A stretch of 63,773 bases of DNA, the filler included, from Folioceros fuciformis (Eukaryota), in assembly GCA_049999805.1 (NCBI GenBank). It is 13 parts of 13 records of this genome, joined end to end, with 100 filler letters (N's around TTAATTAATTAA, not from the genome) between each part and the next. Parts side by side here need not be neighbours in the genome. Positions count along the whole stretch, not along the records: positions 1 to 6,556 come from JBNGIO010002997.1; positions 6,657 to 17,458 come from JBNGIO010002998.1; 11 more parts are not named here. One strand, 5' to 3'. Below, one piece after another: positions 1 through 12,052 of this stretch. The translations under genes were made by a program, and so were the position numbers. Under the pieces are notes generated by a model. It was not told the origin of the DNA, did not search any database, and saw only the letters and a list, made by a program, of their open reading frames with translations. How positions within the stretch are numbered: position 1 is the stretch's first letter; every line of letters starts with the position of its first letter.

Positions 1-208
1 GGTGGAGGTAGCGGGAGAAGCAAGTAGAGCTGGGAATGGAAGCTCCCATCTACACCTGGTCCTCCTTCCGCCACATCTTCCTTGAGCACTTCTTGCCTGT
101 TAATCACCGCAGGGAACTCTATCATCAGTTCTGGAAGATCAACCAGCAATGTATAGTCCAAGACTATTGCGAGAAGTTTTTACAACTAACCTTGGATATG
201 CCGCACTC
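1..208 (+). mobile_element. Ty3/gypsy-type gag fragment
   Basis: TWSSFRHIFLEHFLP...LYHQFWKINQ..VQDYCEKF resembles the Retrotrans_gag motif; cut off at about 208 by an antisense copia RNase H. Confidence 0.55.
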
Positions 209-2664
209 GGATCATCGGTATTTTCATAAGCCACTACCACCACTCCTCGCGAAGTAACATCATATATATAATGGTGATATAGCTCAATGTTCTTAGTACG
301 AGTATGATAACGAGGATTAGCGACTAAAGCTATAGCTGACATGTTATCACAATTGAGCAATGTAGGCTGAGGCTGGGGCCATTTTATATCACTTAGAAGT
401 GAACGCTCCCACTCAACCTCTTTACCTGCTTCAGTAAGAGCTTTATACTCCGCCTCTGCCGAACTCAAGGCGAGACTTGTTTGCTTCTTACATCTCCAGC
501 TTACGGAGGCGACAGCTAACATAAAACAATATGCGGAAATACTTTTCCGCGTGTCGGCGTCAGAGGCCTAATTGGCATCTACATATCCAGATAGCTTGAA
601 CTCTTTTCGACTTGTAGAAGTGTAGCAGATGCCATATGTTGAGGTACCACTCACATACCTCAAGATCCTCTTTACTACTATCCAGTGCTTCCTACCCGAA
701 TTCTGAAGGTTTTGCGTAGTAGCATTAATAACATGCATGATATCGGGCGTAGTCCAATTAGCCAAATAGAGGAGACAACCCACACAAGCAGCATAAGGGA
801 TGGTAAGCATATCCTCACCTCAACATCAGGTTGTGGGCAATCCTCATAAGGTAACCAAATACCTATTGCCCTTGGAGTAGATACAGGCCTTGCTGTTTGC
901 ATATTAAAACGGGTTGAGATTTCTCTCACATATTTTTGTTGATGCATAAATATTCGGCCATTAGGTCGGTCTTGAAGAATCTGAATCCCAAGACACCATT
1001 GAAGAACCCTAGTATCCTTCATATCAAATTCGGCCCGAAGCATATCCTTAACAGAGTTAATTAACTTCATACTAGTGCGAAACATACATATCTCATCAAC
1101 ATATAAAGCTAAAATGATAAAGTTGGAGCCATCATCTAGATAATAAACATTACTATCAGCATGGCTTTGAGTAAAGCCAATAAGCTTAAGACGACCATCA
1201 CACTTATAAAAACCATTTGTTAGCACTTTGTTTTAAACCATAAAGGCACTTTAGCAGCTTACAAACTAACTCCGCATTAACATCTTCATAACCCTCAGGT
1301 TGTCGCATATGTATTTCCTCCTCAAGTTCTCCATACAAGAATGCGGTGCAAACATCCATCTGATGGATTTCTAAGTTGAACTCTGCGGATAAAGCTAAAA
1401 GGCCCCTTAAAGATTGGGTCTTCACTACCGGCGAGAAAGTCTCTTGGTAATTGACGCTAGCTACCTGGCTATAGCCCTTAGCAACTAGCTTACCTTTACA
1501 ACGTTCAATAGAACCATCAGCATTTAATTTAGTTTTAAAGACCCATTTGCAAAGGATGGGTTTACGACCAAGAGGAAGTGGTACTAAATCCCATGTATGG
1601 TTTTTAAGCAAAGAATCATACTCCCTTTCTATTGCAGCTTTCCACTCAGCACCATTGGGTCCATCCAATGCCTCACGAAATGTAGCCGATTCACCATCAA
1701 CCGTGAGTAGAGCATGTGCAAGGAGGGCCCTGGGATCAGTTGAAGTAGAATTAGTAAAAGCAGAAAAATCAGCATTAATGGAATTATCAACCATATTGTC
1801 TTCAGCAGGAATTGCATTATCGGGCAAATTTCCTGTGCTGGTATCTGCCAAAATATCTGTAAGTGCCCGTGTACGTATACGGGATTTAGATACGGGGGGC
1901 TCAAGTGACCAACGAACGGGAGCCTGACGCTCCCGTGTGGATGGGCAATGTTGAGGGATCGGGCCTGCATCCTGCTGCATGCCGAAGCAGGATGTTCCAC
2001 CTTGTGCCGGCGCAAAGAGGTCATGTGCAGTTTGCTCAGCGCAATCCCTAGCGCGAGGGCTGGCAAGTGCAGCCGGTGGTGACCCAGACCCGTTTCCAGT
2101 GCGCCCCGTCTGCTCATGTGAGGGTCGCTGCACCCACGCTCTCTAGCTTTGATCTGGTTTGCCCATGTCCTGTGCACCCTGACTACCATGTTCGGGTGCT
2201 ACAGATTCTCCTGCCACACGCGCAGTGCTGAGAGGATCAGCAACGTGTTCATCTGCATGTTGTCCCGGTCCTGGGTTGAGGGGGCGGATAGGGGCCTGCC
2301 CTTCATCGCGACGACCTCCCTGTCCGTGAGGCATGGGTGCAAGGGACAAATGTGGCAATGCCACGCTGTCTTGCAGCTCCTCCTCAGCATTGGCATATTT
2401 TGCCGGTTCATGGGCAAGGGGATACAAGCCAAAATTTTGGTGAGCCCGATCACCGCTGTGATTAATGAAGGCCGGTTGAAAACCAGAGAAAACACCTGGA
2501 GTGGGTAGTTGGAATCCAGCACTGGGATCGGGGTTGTTATCATCATCATCGGGATTATCGTCATCAGAATATGTGTGAGAATCCGAACTTTCTCCTCCCA
2601 TGAATGAATCTGGTTCTGTAGTGATAAATTCCCATGATGGCTGTTGGCTCAAGTCTCCATTGTT
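209..2664 (-). mobile_element. Degenerate Ty1/copia (family A): post-integrase linker, RT, RNase H
   Basis: CKWVFKTK, RCKGKLVAKGYSQ, QMDVCTAFLYG, LYVDE, SSAEAEY, CDNMSAI, RTKNIE motifs across frameshifted ORFs. Confidence 0.92.
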
Positions 2665-4125
2665 GGCGCCTCGACTGGAGTTGGTTGCACTCTCTCCTCT
2701 TGTACAAGTGGAGGAACTTGTTCCTGCACATCACGACGTTCAACCTGCGCAGGACAGTCAAGTCCATCTTCTTAGAAGACCACCTGTCGCACCTCCATAG
2801 TTGGAGTAGGCTTCTTCTGCATCTTGGTCTCATTGAAGAACACGTCATTGCTGTGAACCATCCCCTTGGCTTCTAGATCCTATAGACGGTATCCCATCTC
2901 ACCAGATTCACCATAGCCAAGAAAAATACATTTCTTGGACTTGGGTGCCAACTTGTCCCGAAACTCCTTCGGAACATGGTAGTATGCCTCGCAGCCAAAC
3001 ACTCGTAGATGCTTGTATGACGGCTTCTTTCCAGACCACAGCTCCTCTGGAACCTGTTCATCCACAGCCTTATTAGGAGATCTGTTAATAAGATGCACCG
3101 TAGTAACCATTGCTTCTGCCCAAAATCCGTTAGGCAATCCAGAGTTTGACAATAAACTACGCATCCTCTCCTGGATGGTCCTATTCATCCGTTCAGCCAC
3201 ACCATTCTGGGGAGGAGTATATGACGCAGTCAATTCTGTCCTGATTCCATTGGAATCACAGAATGACTGGAAAGCCTTCGAGACATACTCTCCCCCATTG
3301 TCTGTCCTTAGACACTTCAGTCGGAGGCCAGACTGATTCTCCACAAGGGTGACGAATTTTCGAAACGATGTCAGAACATCATCCTTTTTCCTCAAAGGAT
3401 AAACCCACACCTTGCGTGAGAAGTCATCAATGAAAGTGACAAAATGAGATGCACCGCCTAACGATACAGTGGGCATAGGTCCACAAACGTCACTGTGAAC
3501 CAACTCAAGAGGTTTACTTTTGTGTTTACCTCTTGCTCCATGTGGTGACTTCGTTTGTTTCCCATACAAACAGTGCTCACACACGGAGAAATCGGAGAAG
3601 TCAAAAGCAGGGACGTAACCAAAATGAGATAAGATCTTCATTTCTTTTTGAGACATATGTCCTAACCGACTATGCTATAAGGAAACACTTGGCTGCTCCA
3701 TTACACAAATCACATGATCCTTGACAGTGGTTACATGAAGTGAGTACAAAGTGCCACACTTCGATCCACGAGCTAACGCAAGAGAACCTTTGGAGACCTT
3801 CCAAGAATTATCTCCAAACCAACAGTGGTAGCCAGCGTCATCCAACTGCCCTGCCCTAATCATGCTTTTTGTCAACTTCGGAACATGCCTAACATCCTTC
3901 AATGTGAATGAAGATCCGTTGTGGAACTTCAGCTGCACATCACCAACGCATGCAGTCTCGCTTGCGTAGTTAGTTCCAAGCCATACATATCCTTTCCTAG
4001 TAGCGTCATACGTGCTAAACCATTCCCTATGCGAAGTAACATGGAAAGATGCTCCAGAGTCAATTATCCAATTAGAGAATAAGTGACTCTCCACGGCTGT
4101 CAGTTGGCAGAATCAAAGGAAGAAG
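2665..4125 (-). mobile_element. Ty1/copia family B: protease, GAG-pre-integrase, integrase
   Basis: WIIDSGASFH, LVHSDVCGP, FIDDFSR, RTDNGGEY, QNGVAERMNRT; closely similar to about 52980-54440. Confidence 0.92.
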
Positions 4126-4129
4126 AGAT

Positions 4130-4256
4130 AGAAGAAGAAGCCCACAGGAAGCTGCATAAGAAGCTTCCTACAGATTAGCTTAAGCTAAACTAAACTAATG
4201 ATACTTAACTAGACACTAATCTTAGACTAAGCACATTGGGCTTTAATAACCCTACA
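4130..4256 (-). repeat. 5' part of family B LTR, joined to protease by an internal deletion
   Basis: Matches about 37470-37603 (aagcttcctaca...ctttaataaccctaca); starts TGTAGGG on the minus strand. Confidence 0.75.
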
Positions 4257-4299
4257 ATACTTAATTAACCTAAACCTGCCCTAACTACCTACTTTCTAT

Positions 4300-6050
4300 C
4301 ATCGCCGTTGCCATTGCTTGTGCCCAAAAATATTTTGGCAGCCTGCTTTCCGCTTGCATACTCCTAGCACCATTGCAGATGGTACGATTCTTCCGCTCGG
4401 CGATCCCTACCTATTGCGGCATGTACCTTGTTGTCAACTACCTCTCAATTCCGGCCACTGTGCATTCATCCTTGAAGAGTTTACTCAAATACTCTCCTCC
4501 CCCATCAGCTCGAAGTTTCTTCAACTTCTTTCCGGTTTGTTTCTTCGTAGTCGCCCTAAACATCTAAAATGCTTGGAGATCATCACTCTTTTTGCGCAGG
4601 AAGTACACCGCTGTTCTCCTACTGTAGTCGTCGATAAACGAAATATAATATTTCGCCTGTATCATCCTTGCTTACACTTGCATTGGTCCACAAAGATCAG
4701 AGTGGACAAGTTCCAAGACTTCTTTTGCTCTCTTCGTGATTGAAACATAAGATCTTCGGGGATGCTTGCCTTTCATGCAAGCATCACACAAACCAAGTTC
4801 TACCTTCTGGAGCTCCATTTCTGTCACAAGCTTCTTCCGCTCCATCTCCAGGAGAAACTTTAAGTTGGTATGCCCAAACCGTCTATGCCACAGTAAGGCA
4901 TTTCCACCTTTCTCCGATACTGTAAGAACCTCTTGGTCGTTAGGAACCTCCATCTGGTACAAGTTCCCTATACGGTGGCCTTTTGCCACCACATTGCCGT
5001 GCATTTGTCCATTCTTCAGAAACAAAACTTCCTTCTTCGTAAAAAGGACCTGCAGACTTGCATCAGTCAATGATGCCACGAACATAACATTTCTACGTAG
5101 GTGCGGTACAAACAGCGCTTTCTCCATTGCCTTGATCTCACCGTCGAGCAATTTGAGCCTGTACTCCCCCACACCCTCGACGCCTATCTCGCTATCGTTC
5201 CCTAGGCGCACAAATGTCTTCTCCCTCATGTAGTCTTGAATGAGCTCCTTATTCTTTACCATAAAGGATGTACATGCAGAATCTATTGTCAAGTATATTT
5301 TGCTTATGTATTGTAGCACGCGTTCGATACTTCTTCTATGAGCGTTGCCTCCACAACCTCACCTTTACTCTCACCCTCCGTGAGATGTGCGGTCTTCCGA
5401 TCTTTGCAATCCTTCTCATAATGACCATACTTGAAGCATTTCCCCCACTGTCCCCCCTTCACTATTCTCTTGTCCTTTTGTCCCTGCGAGAACTCCCTCT
5501 GCTTGTCCTTGTTCCGGTTGTTCCGTCCCTTCCCCTTCATGAACATCGCATGCTCTGAACCAGTTGAAGATCCTGCCATTGCGTCCAATTGGCGAGTCTC
5601 CTTTGCCAACATCTTCGACGTGACCTCCTCCCATGTGAGAGTGTCTTGAGCTATTAAGAAATCTATGAACCCTGACCAAGCTGCGGGCATAGAACGATAA
5701 AGAAACATCTTCTGTATGTCCTCTTGCATAGCAAAGCGCTCGTTAGTTGATGCTAGCGCTGTAAATAGTTCGTGAAAGGTGTTGATGTGCTTTCGCAAAT
5801 CGCCTTTGTCTGAATACTTCAATGTTGTTACACGACAAAACAAGTGAAATACTTCACGTGCTCCCTTCTGCCCATATTTCTCATCGAGAAGATTTCAAAT
5901 GTACTCCGTGCCCTTGTCTGGTTCTCCGACCTTCAGCTGGACTGCCGTAGAGAGATTCATATATAGGAGAGCTATACCCTTAAGGTCTCTCTGCATCCAT
6001 TCTCTCTGCTCTCTCCCCTCATCTTTTGGTTTCGGTATAATTAAATCTAT
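4300..6050 (-). mobile_element. Degenerate Ty1/copia (family C): gag, protease, partial integrase
   Basis: Zn knuckle CFKYGHYEKDC, IDSACTSFM, LWHRRFGH, LVHSDLCGPM; several stops. Confidence 0.88.
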
Positions 6051-6084
6051 GCTTGGTGCCATATTAATAGTTTTGACTACATCT

Positions 6085-6556
6085 TTTCTTGGTGAAATCT
6101 GGCAGTATCGAACAAGGTTTGGCTACAACATCAAACAAGGACTACTCTTGTGATGGGCTGCCACATATCTATAATGTATAGTTTAAAACTTTGAAATATG
6201 TTTAGTGGGAGGCTACAGCTTTCTAATTGTTTACCTAGGTTGGCTCCATGCTCTTTTAATTGACTGTACTAGCAAAAGAATCGGGCACTACGATTGCAAG
6301 TATTTGCGAGTATTTGCGTGACGCTGGCTTATTTAGTCCTTAAACAATATTACCATGTGATGGAGCACAAATAATGAGAAAGCCAAATGTGGGCTAGCTC
6401 AAACCTCTCTAAGCTCATTCACAAAAGTTGAAAGACTTAGCATTCGATTGGTGGCCACTCAGCCATGGCTAAAATGGAAGGATTGATTGTGAAACAAGTT
6501 GTAGAGTAGTTATAGTGTAGAAGACTTCATTTGCATGTTTTCCATCCTTTGTTTGA
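6085..6556 (+). mobile_element. Possible highly decayed LINE RT C-terminal remnant
   Basis: Weak: LGEIWQYRTRFGYNIKQ followed by IVYLG resembles the LINE SGL.IN..KS / YLG region; many stops. Confidence 0.25.
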
Positions 6557-6656
6557 NNNNNNNNNNNNNNNNNNNNNNNNNNNNNNNNNNNNNNNNNNNN
6601 TTAATTAATTAANNNNNNNNNNNNNNNNNNNNNNNNNNNNNNNNNNNNNNNNNNNN
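6557..6656. other. Artificial contig spacer N44-TTAATTAATTAA-N44 (first of 12)
   Basis: Identical 100-nt spacers also start at 17459, 26093, 32683, 36833, 41989, 47299, 52234, 56011, 59243, 61197 and 62445; the 12-mer gives stops in all six frames. Confidence 0.98.
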
Positions 6657-7057
6657 AACGAACGAATTTCACAGCCGTGGGTTGCAAGCAGCTATGCAGC
6701 CATGGTAGGTCTTACAGGTTGCAGCAATGCAACCACGGTTAGCCTATCCGCCGGTTGCAGGGTGGAAGTATATACATGGGGCCTGTTGGAAGAGATTTTC
6801 CAGCTGGGAGGATACCACATATAGACGTGCTCCGGGATTTGCAGACAGTGCGCACCGTGCTCCATAGTATTTAAGGGGTGCAAAGACACACCTCAATTAT
6901 GCTGTACCTTTTGACCCGTGCCTCTTTTGTCACTGCTCGTCATTGCTACTGTGCTCTCACAGCATCCCTCACTGTGCCTCTTTTGTCACTGCTCGTCATT
7001 GCTGCTGTGCTCTCACAGCATCCTTCACTTCGTGTGTGCTATGGCTTCGCTTCTTCA

Positions 7058-7070
7058 TGTTATGGGCCCA
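7058..7070 (+). promoter_or_regulatory. Half-molecule tRNA-iMet type primer binding site
   Basis: TGTTATGGGCCCA directly after the LTR-terminal CA; resembles the GGTTATGGGCCCAG PBS of Drosophila copia. Confidence 0.7.
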
Positions 7071-8801
7071 CAAGATAAGCAGCGGTGACGATTGATAAAC
7101 TATGCATCGTCAAGAAGTTCAACGGAACAAACTACCAGATGTGGAAGTTCAAAATGCAAATCTTACTGGAAGAGAAGGAAGTCTGGGACGTGGTAAATGA
7201 GAAGGAGAAGTCGCCAAATGTGTAGGACACAACCGGAACGACAAAATGGAAACAGCGGGATCGCAAAGCATTCGTCACGACCTGTCTGAACCTCCGAGAC
7301 ACTCAACTTCAAATGGTGTGCACGGCAGAAACCTCAAAGGACGTTTGGGACCGATTGAGGGAGCGCTACGAGACGGGTAGTCTCGTGAGCAAGGTATTCC
7401 TAGTCAAACGTCTGGTCACGCTGCGAATGGAGGAAGAAGACAGCATGGAAGAGCACTTGGCGAAGGTGGAGACCCTACACGAGCAGCTGGAAGCTGTCGG
7501 AGCCGGCTTCAAGGAGAAAGTCCTCATCATCTTGCTTCTAGCCAGCCTCCCACTCTCTTACGAGACATTAACGGTCATGTTAGAGTCACGAGGCGACACA
7601 CTGACCAAAGAACTTGTTTGGTCAAGACTGTTGCAGGAGGCAACCCGATGCAAGGAGAAAGGGAAGGAGCAAGCTGATGAGAAGACTCAGCATTCGCCGC
7701 TCATGGAAACTCCAGGAGTAGCGGCAAAACATGAGGCGACGGGAGGACCATAGCCTCGGGATCGAGTCCATCCATATTCAAGTGCTTCTACTGTGACGAG
7801 GATGGTCATAGAGTTCGAGACTGTTGAAAAAAGGCAGCAAATATCAAGGCAAGAAAGGGAAACAAAGTATTTGATTCCCACGAGGCAAAGGTGGCTACCA
7901 CCGAGGAGGGGGAGGGCCATGTCGAAGGCGCCTTCATGGCGACAGTGGAGAGCTTGGAAGGCTGGGAGGACAGCGACGAACAAGCATTAGCGCACACAAG
8001 CGCAATGGGAGTGCACAGGGAGGATGCTCGGTTCACCGACTCCACTACAACATCACACATGTCACCAAGAAAAGAGTGGTTTACATCGCTAAGCAAAATC
8101 GCACCAAAGCGAGTTCACATGGGGGACGATTTCATCCAACTCGCCATCGCAGTGGGGGCTGTACGGATTATGCTACCCCCTGTCCAAGGAACACCCCCAT
8201 CAAGGACTGTGATATGGGGAGTGTTGTTCGTCCCGGGGCTCACCAAAAGCTTACTATCCGTGCGCAGGCTCACAGCTGCAGGCTTAGAAGTGGCATTCAA
8301 GGGGTGAAGTTGCGTGATCAAGAACCTGCGCAGCAAAACAGTTGCCGAACCCACCCTTGGGGATGACAACCGGCTATCTTGCAGCGCCCCTGAGACCAGA
8401 AGCAAGAGCGAGGAGGGGCTTGCAAGAGAAAGGGCCAATCTAGCCAAAACCGAGGCTGTAAACGAATCAATTCAATTGTGGCATGAGAGATTTGGGCACC
8501 TAGGAGACCGTGACCTATGATTGTTGGCGAATCGCATGATGGTCCATTGGATCACACTCCAAAGTGACACCGAGTTGGAGTTTTGCGAACGGTGTGTGCC
8601 GGGGAAGCACCACAAGGCTCCCTTCGCACGGGGAGGAACTGCCCGAGTGCAAGCAGAGCACCACTTGGACCTGGTGCACAGCGACTTATGCAGCCCCATG
8701 AAGACCTGATCACTTGGAGGGGCACGGTACGTTCTAACATTCGATGACGACCACACAACACGGACATGAGTATACTTCTTGAAGTCGAAGGATGAAACAC
8801 T

Positions 8802-8863
8802 TTTAGGGTTTAGGGTTTAGGGTTTAGGGTTTAGGGTTTAGGGTTTAGGGTTTAGGGTTTAGG
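8802..8863 (+). repeat. Interstitial telomeric array (TTTAGGG)8 + TTTAGG
   Basis: Eight perfect plant telomere units inside the integrase coding region. Confidence 0.97.
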
Positions 8864-11717
8864 ACTCTTTCGAGAAATTCAAGGCGTTGGTTGAAAAGGA
8901 TTGCGAATGACTCATCAAAATCCTTTTATTAGACGGCGGTGGAGAGTACACATTGAAAGCATTCAAAGGATACCTGGCGGAACACGGGATTCAACATCAA
9001 ATTGTCGCCCCGATCGAAACAAAACTCTATTGTGGAGAGGATGCATCGGACAATCATCGAGCGAGCTAGAAGCATGTTGCACGCTCGGAAGCTACACAAT
9101 CAATTCTGGGCAGAAGCAATTGTAACAGCGACATACGTTCGGAATCGCAGCCCGACAAAAGCATTGAAGGACTAAGGCATCACCCCAGAAGAAGCGTGGA
9201 CACGGCACAAGCCATCCGTGAAGCATTTGAGGGTCTTTGGTTGCAAGGCATACGTACACATTCCGAGAGACGAACGGAGCAAGATGGATGCCAAGTCCAT
9301 CGAATGTATCTTTCTCGGCTATTGCCCAGGTAACATGGCATACCGGCTGTACAACCCACGGATCAAGCGGATCATTTGGATCAAAGATGTCATCTTCGAT
9401 GAACGGGAACACAACCAGGAGAATTGCAGCCCCCATCACTCTTACCAAGTAGGGAACTACCACAAGGCACACTCGAAGAGAACCCATCGGAGCACATCAA
9501 CCCCGTACCAACAGGAGATCACGCAAGAGGAGCAGACCTAGAGACCGGAGGAGATCCAGACACATCGGTCCCAGGTGATAACCAGAGCGATGAAGAGGAT
9601 CCTCGCGACACGGATACCCACAAAGAAGTTGCACCCCACACCAGCAGAAGCACAAGAGAACAGCACGGTCAGGCTACACAACCCGCCCACACAAGCTTGG
9701 CCACAGGACGGGAGAGATGATCTTGGAAGCCGTCCTTAAAGATGCTAGAAAGCATGGACTCGGCATTGAAGTGCATGGTGGAGGAAGAGCCCTCAACCCT
9801 GAAGGAGGCTTTGGAAACAGAAGATAGGGAGAAATGGCTAAAGGCCATACACGCCGAGTATGATGCAATGATCAAGAACAGAACTTGGGACTTAACCGAG
9901 CTCCCTCCCGGGCAAAGCCCAATTGGCAGCAAGTGGACTTTCAAGCTGAAGCACAAGGGAGACGGGAGCATTGGGCAGTACAAAGCACGATTGGTGGCAA
10001 AGGACTATGACCAACAGTATGGGGAAGACTACAGCGAGATGTTCTCACCCGTCGTAAACTTCACATTGATCTGATGCATGCTTGCACTGGCAGCGATCGA
10101 AGACATGGAGATCCATCACATGGACGTCTGCAATGCTTTCCTCAATGGCGACCTGGAGGAAGCAATCTTCATGACACCGCCTAAAGGGTTTGAGAAGCGT
10201 GGGAAAGAGCACCTAGTCTGCAAGTAGAGGAAGGCTCTTTACAGCCTGAAGCAGGCCGCAAAAGGTGGTACTTCAAGCTCAACACTCTTCTAAAGGCCCT
10301 AGGCTTCAAACGGAGCGAGGCGGATCATGGAGTATACATGCTCAGAGACGGAGACTCGCGGGTGTGGATTGCTGTGTATGTTGACGATCTACTGATAATC
10401 AGCAATTCCCTTACCTTGATGCACCAAGTTAAGTGGGAGTTGTGCCAAGCCTTCGAGATGGTTGATCTCGGAGAAGCCGATTTCATAGTAGGAGTGAGGA
10501 TCACCCGCGATCGACCAAACAGGACGTTGTCGCTAGACCAGAGCACATACATCAAGAAAACTTTGGAGGAGCTTCACATGGCAAACTGTAAGGTAGTGAC
10601 AACACCACTCGAGTTGGGAACACAACTGGTGCGGAAAGCAGAGGGCAACAAAGCTGAAGGAGACACCATCTCCAAGCCACTCTACGAAAAGGTGGTGGGG
10701 AAACTCTTGTACGCCCTAAAGACGAGACCTGACATTGCTTACGCAGCACGATTAGTGGCCAAGGTCTCGGCAAACCCCGGGATGCAGCATTGGACTTGTG
10801 TCAAGAGGATCCTTCGCTACTTGCAAGGGACCAAGGAGTACAACCTATGCCTTGGTGGAAGGCAAGCAAATTCCCGACCCACAGCTCTGGAGGGTTACAG
10901 TGATGCAGACTATGGAGGGAGCTTGGACGACCACCGCTCAACCACCGATATGGTGTTCCTGCTAGGAGGCTCGCCCGTGAGCTGGTCATCCACCAGGCAG
11001 CCATGTGTGGCCACCTCCACAATAGAATCGGAGTACATGGCACTTGCGGAGGCAACCAAGGAAGTCATATAGCTTAAGTACTTGCTGGGAAGTTTGGGCT
11101 ATGATAGAGATGGGGCCACAATCATCTACACCGACAATCAGAGCAGCATGGCCCTGGCTAAGAATTCGTAACATCACAAGAGAACCAAACATATCGACAT
11201 TCGATTTCACTTCATCCGAGAGCGCCTCGGGACAGAGGTGGGGATGAGGTTTTGCAGCACCGAAAACATGTTAGCCGATATCCTCACAAAGGGCCTTGGG
11301 AAAGAGCGTCATGGTACGTTGAGGACAGCCCTGCGCCTCACAAGAGGCAAACCACTGATTGGGCCTCACATAGGTTTGGGCAGTACACTCATGCACTTCA
11401 TCATCTGCACTGAGTGGGAGTGTTGGAGGAAATTTTCCAGCTGCAGATGACGCCCTCAATCACGGCGCAATTCAGCAGCAGAAGTTTAGCCGCATGCAAT
11501 GCGACACATGGCATGCTTCTTCAGGGCTGTCATATATGTGGTAAGAGTCTGTTGCGGTTGGAGGTATGCAGCCATTGTAAAATCATGGTATGATATTGCA
11601 AGCCATCTGTCGCATTGCATGTATGCAGCTATAGTAAGGGTGATTAAGATCGAGGTTGCAAACTGTGCAGCAAATAGGAAATGTAGCATCAGAGGTATGC
11701 AGCAGCCATGGTAAAGA

Positions 11718-11802
11718 TAAGGGTAAGGGTAAGGATAAGGATAAGGGTAAGGGTAAGGGTAAGGGTAAGGGTAAGGGTAAGGGTTTAAGGTTTAGGGTTT
11801 AG
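11718..11802 (+). repeat. (TAAGGG)11 telomere-variant array grading into TTTAGGG
   Basis: 11 hexamers (two are TAAGGA), then TTTAAGG TTTAGGG TTTAG. Confidence 0.9.
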
Positions 11803-12052
11803 AATAATGGTAAAGGTAATGATAATAGTAATAATAATAGTAATAATAATAGTAATGGTAATAATAATAGTAATAATAATAATAATGATAATAATAATAA
11901 TGGTAATAATAATAGTAATAATAATAGTAATGATAATAATAATAGTAATGGTAATGATAATAACCAATAGTAATAATAATAATAATAGTAATAATAATAG
12001 TAATAATAATAATAATAGTAATAATAATAATAATAGTAATAATAATAATAAC
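11803..12052 (+). repeat. Imperfect (AAT)n microsatellite with AGT/GGT/GAT variants
   Basis: Direct reading of the sequence. Confidence 0.95.

Larger units (their letters stand above)
6657..11713 (+). mobile_element. Near full-length degenerate Ty1/copia (LTR-gag-PR-INT-RT-RNH-partial LTR)
   Basis: gag KFNGTNYQMWK at about 7110, [39 protein letters not shown] ends CA at 7057; PPT GAGTGGGAG at 11412-11420 then TGTTGG. Confidence 0.93.

Noticed and set aside
6601-6612. Recurrent palindrome TTAATTAATTAA as a biological repeat or CRISPR-like element
   Set aside because: Always centred in 44+44 Ns; a synthetic six-frame-stop contig linker.
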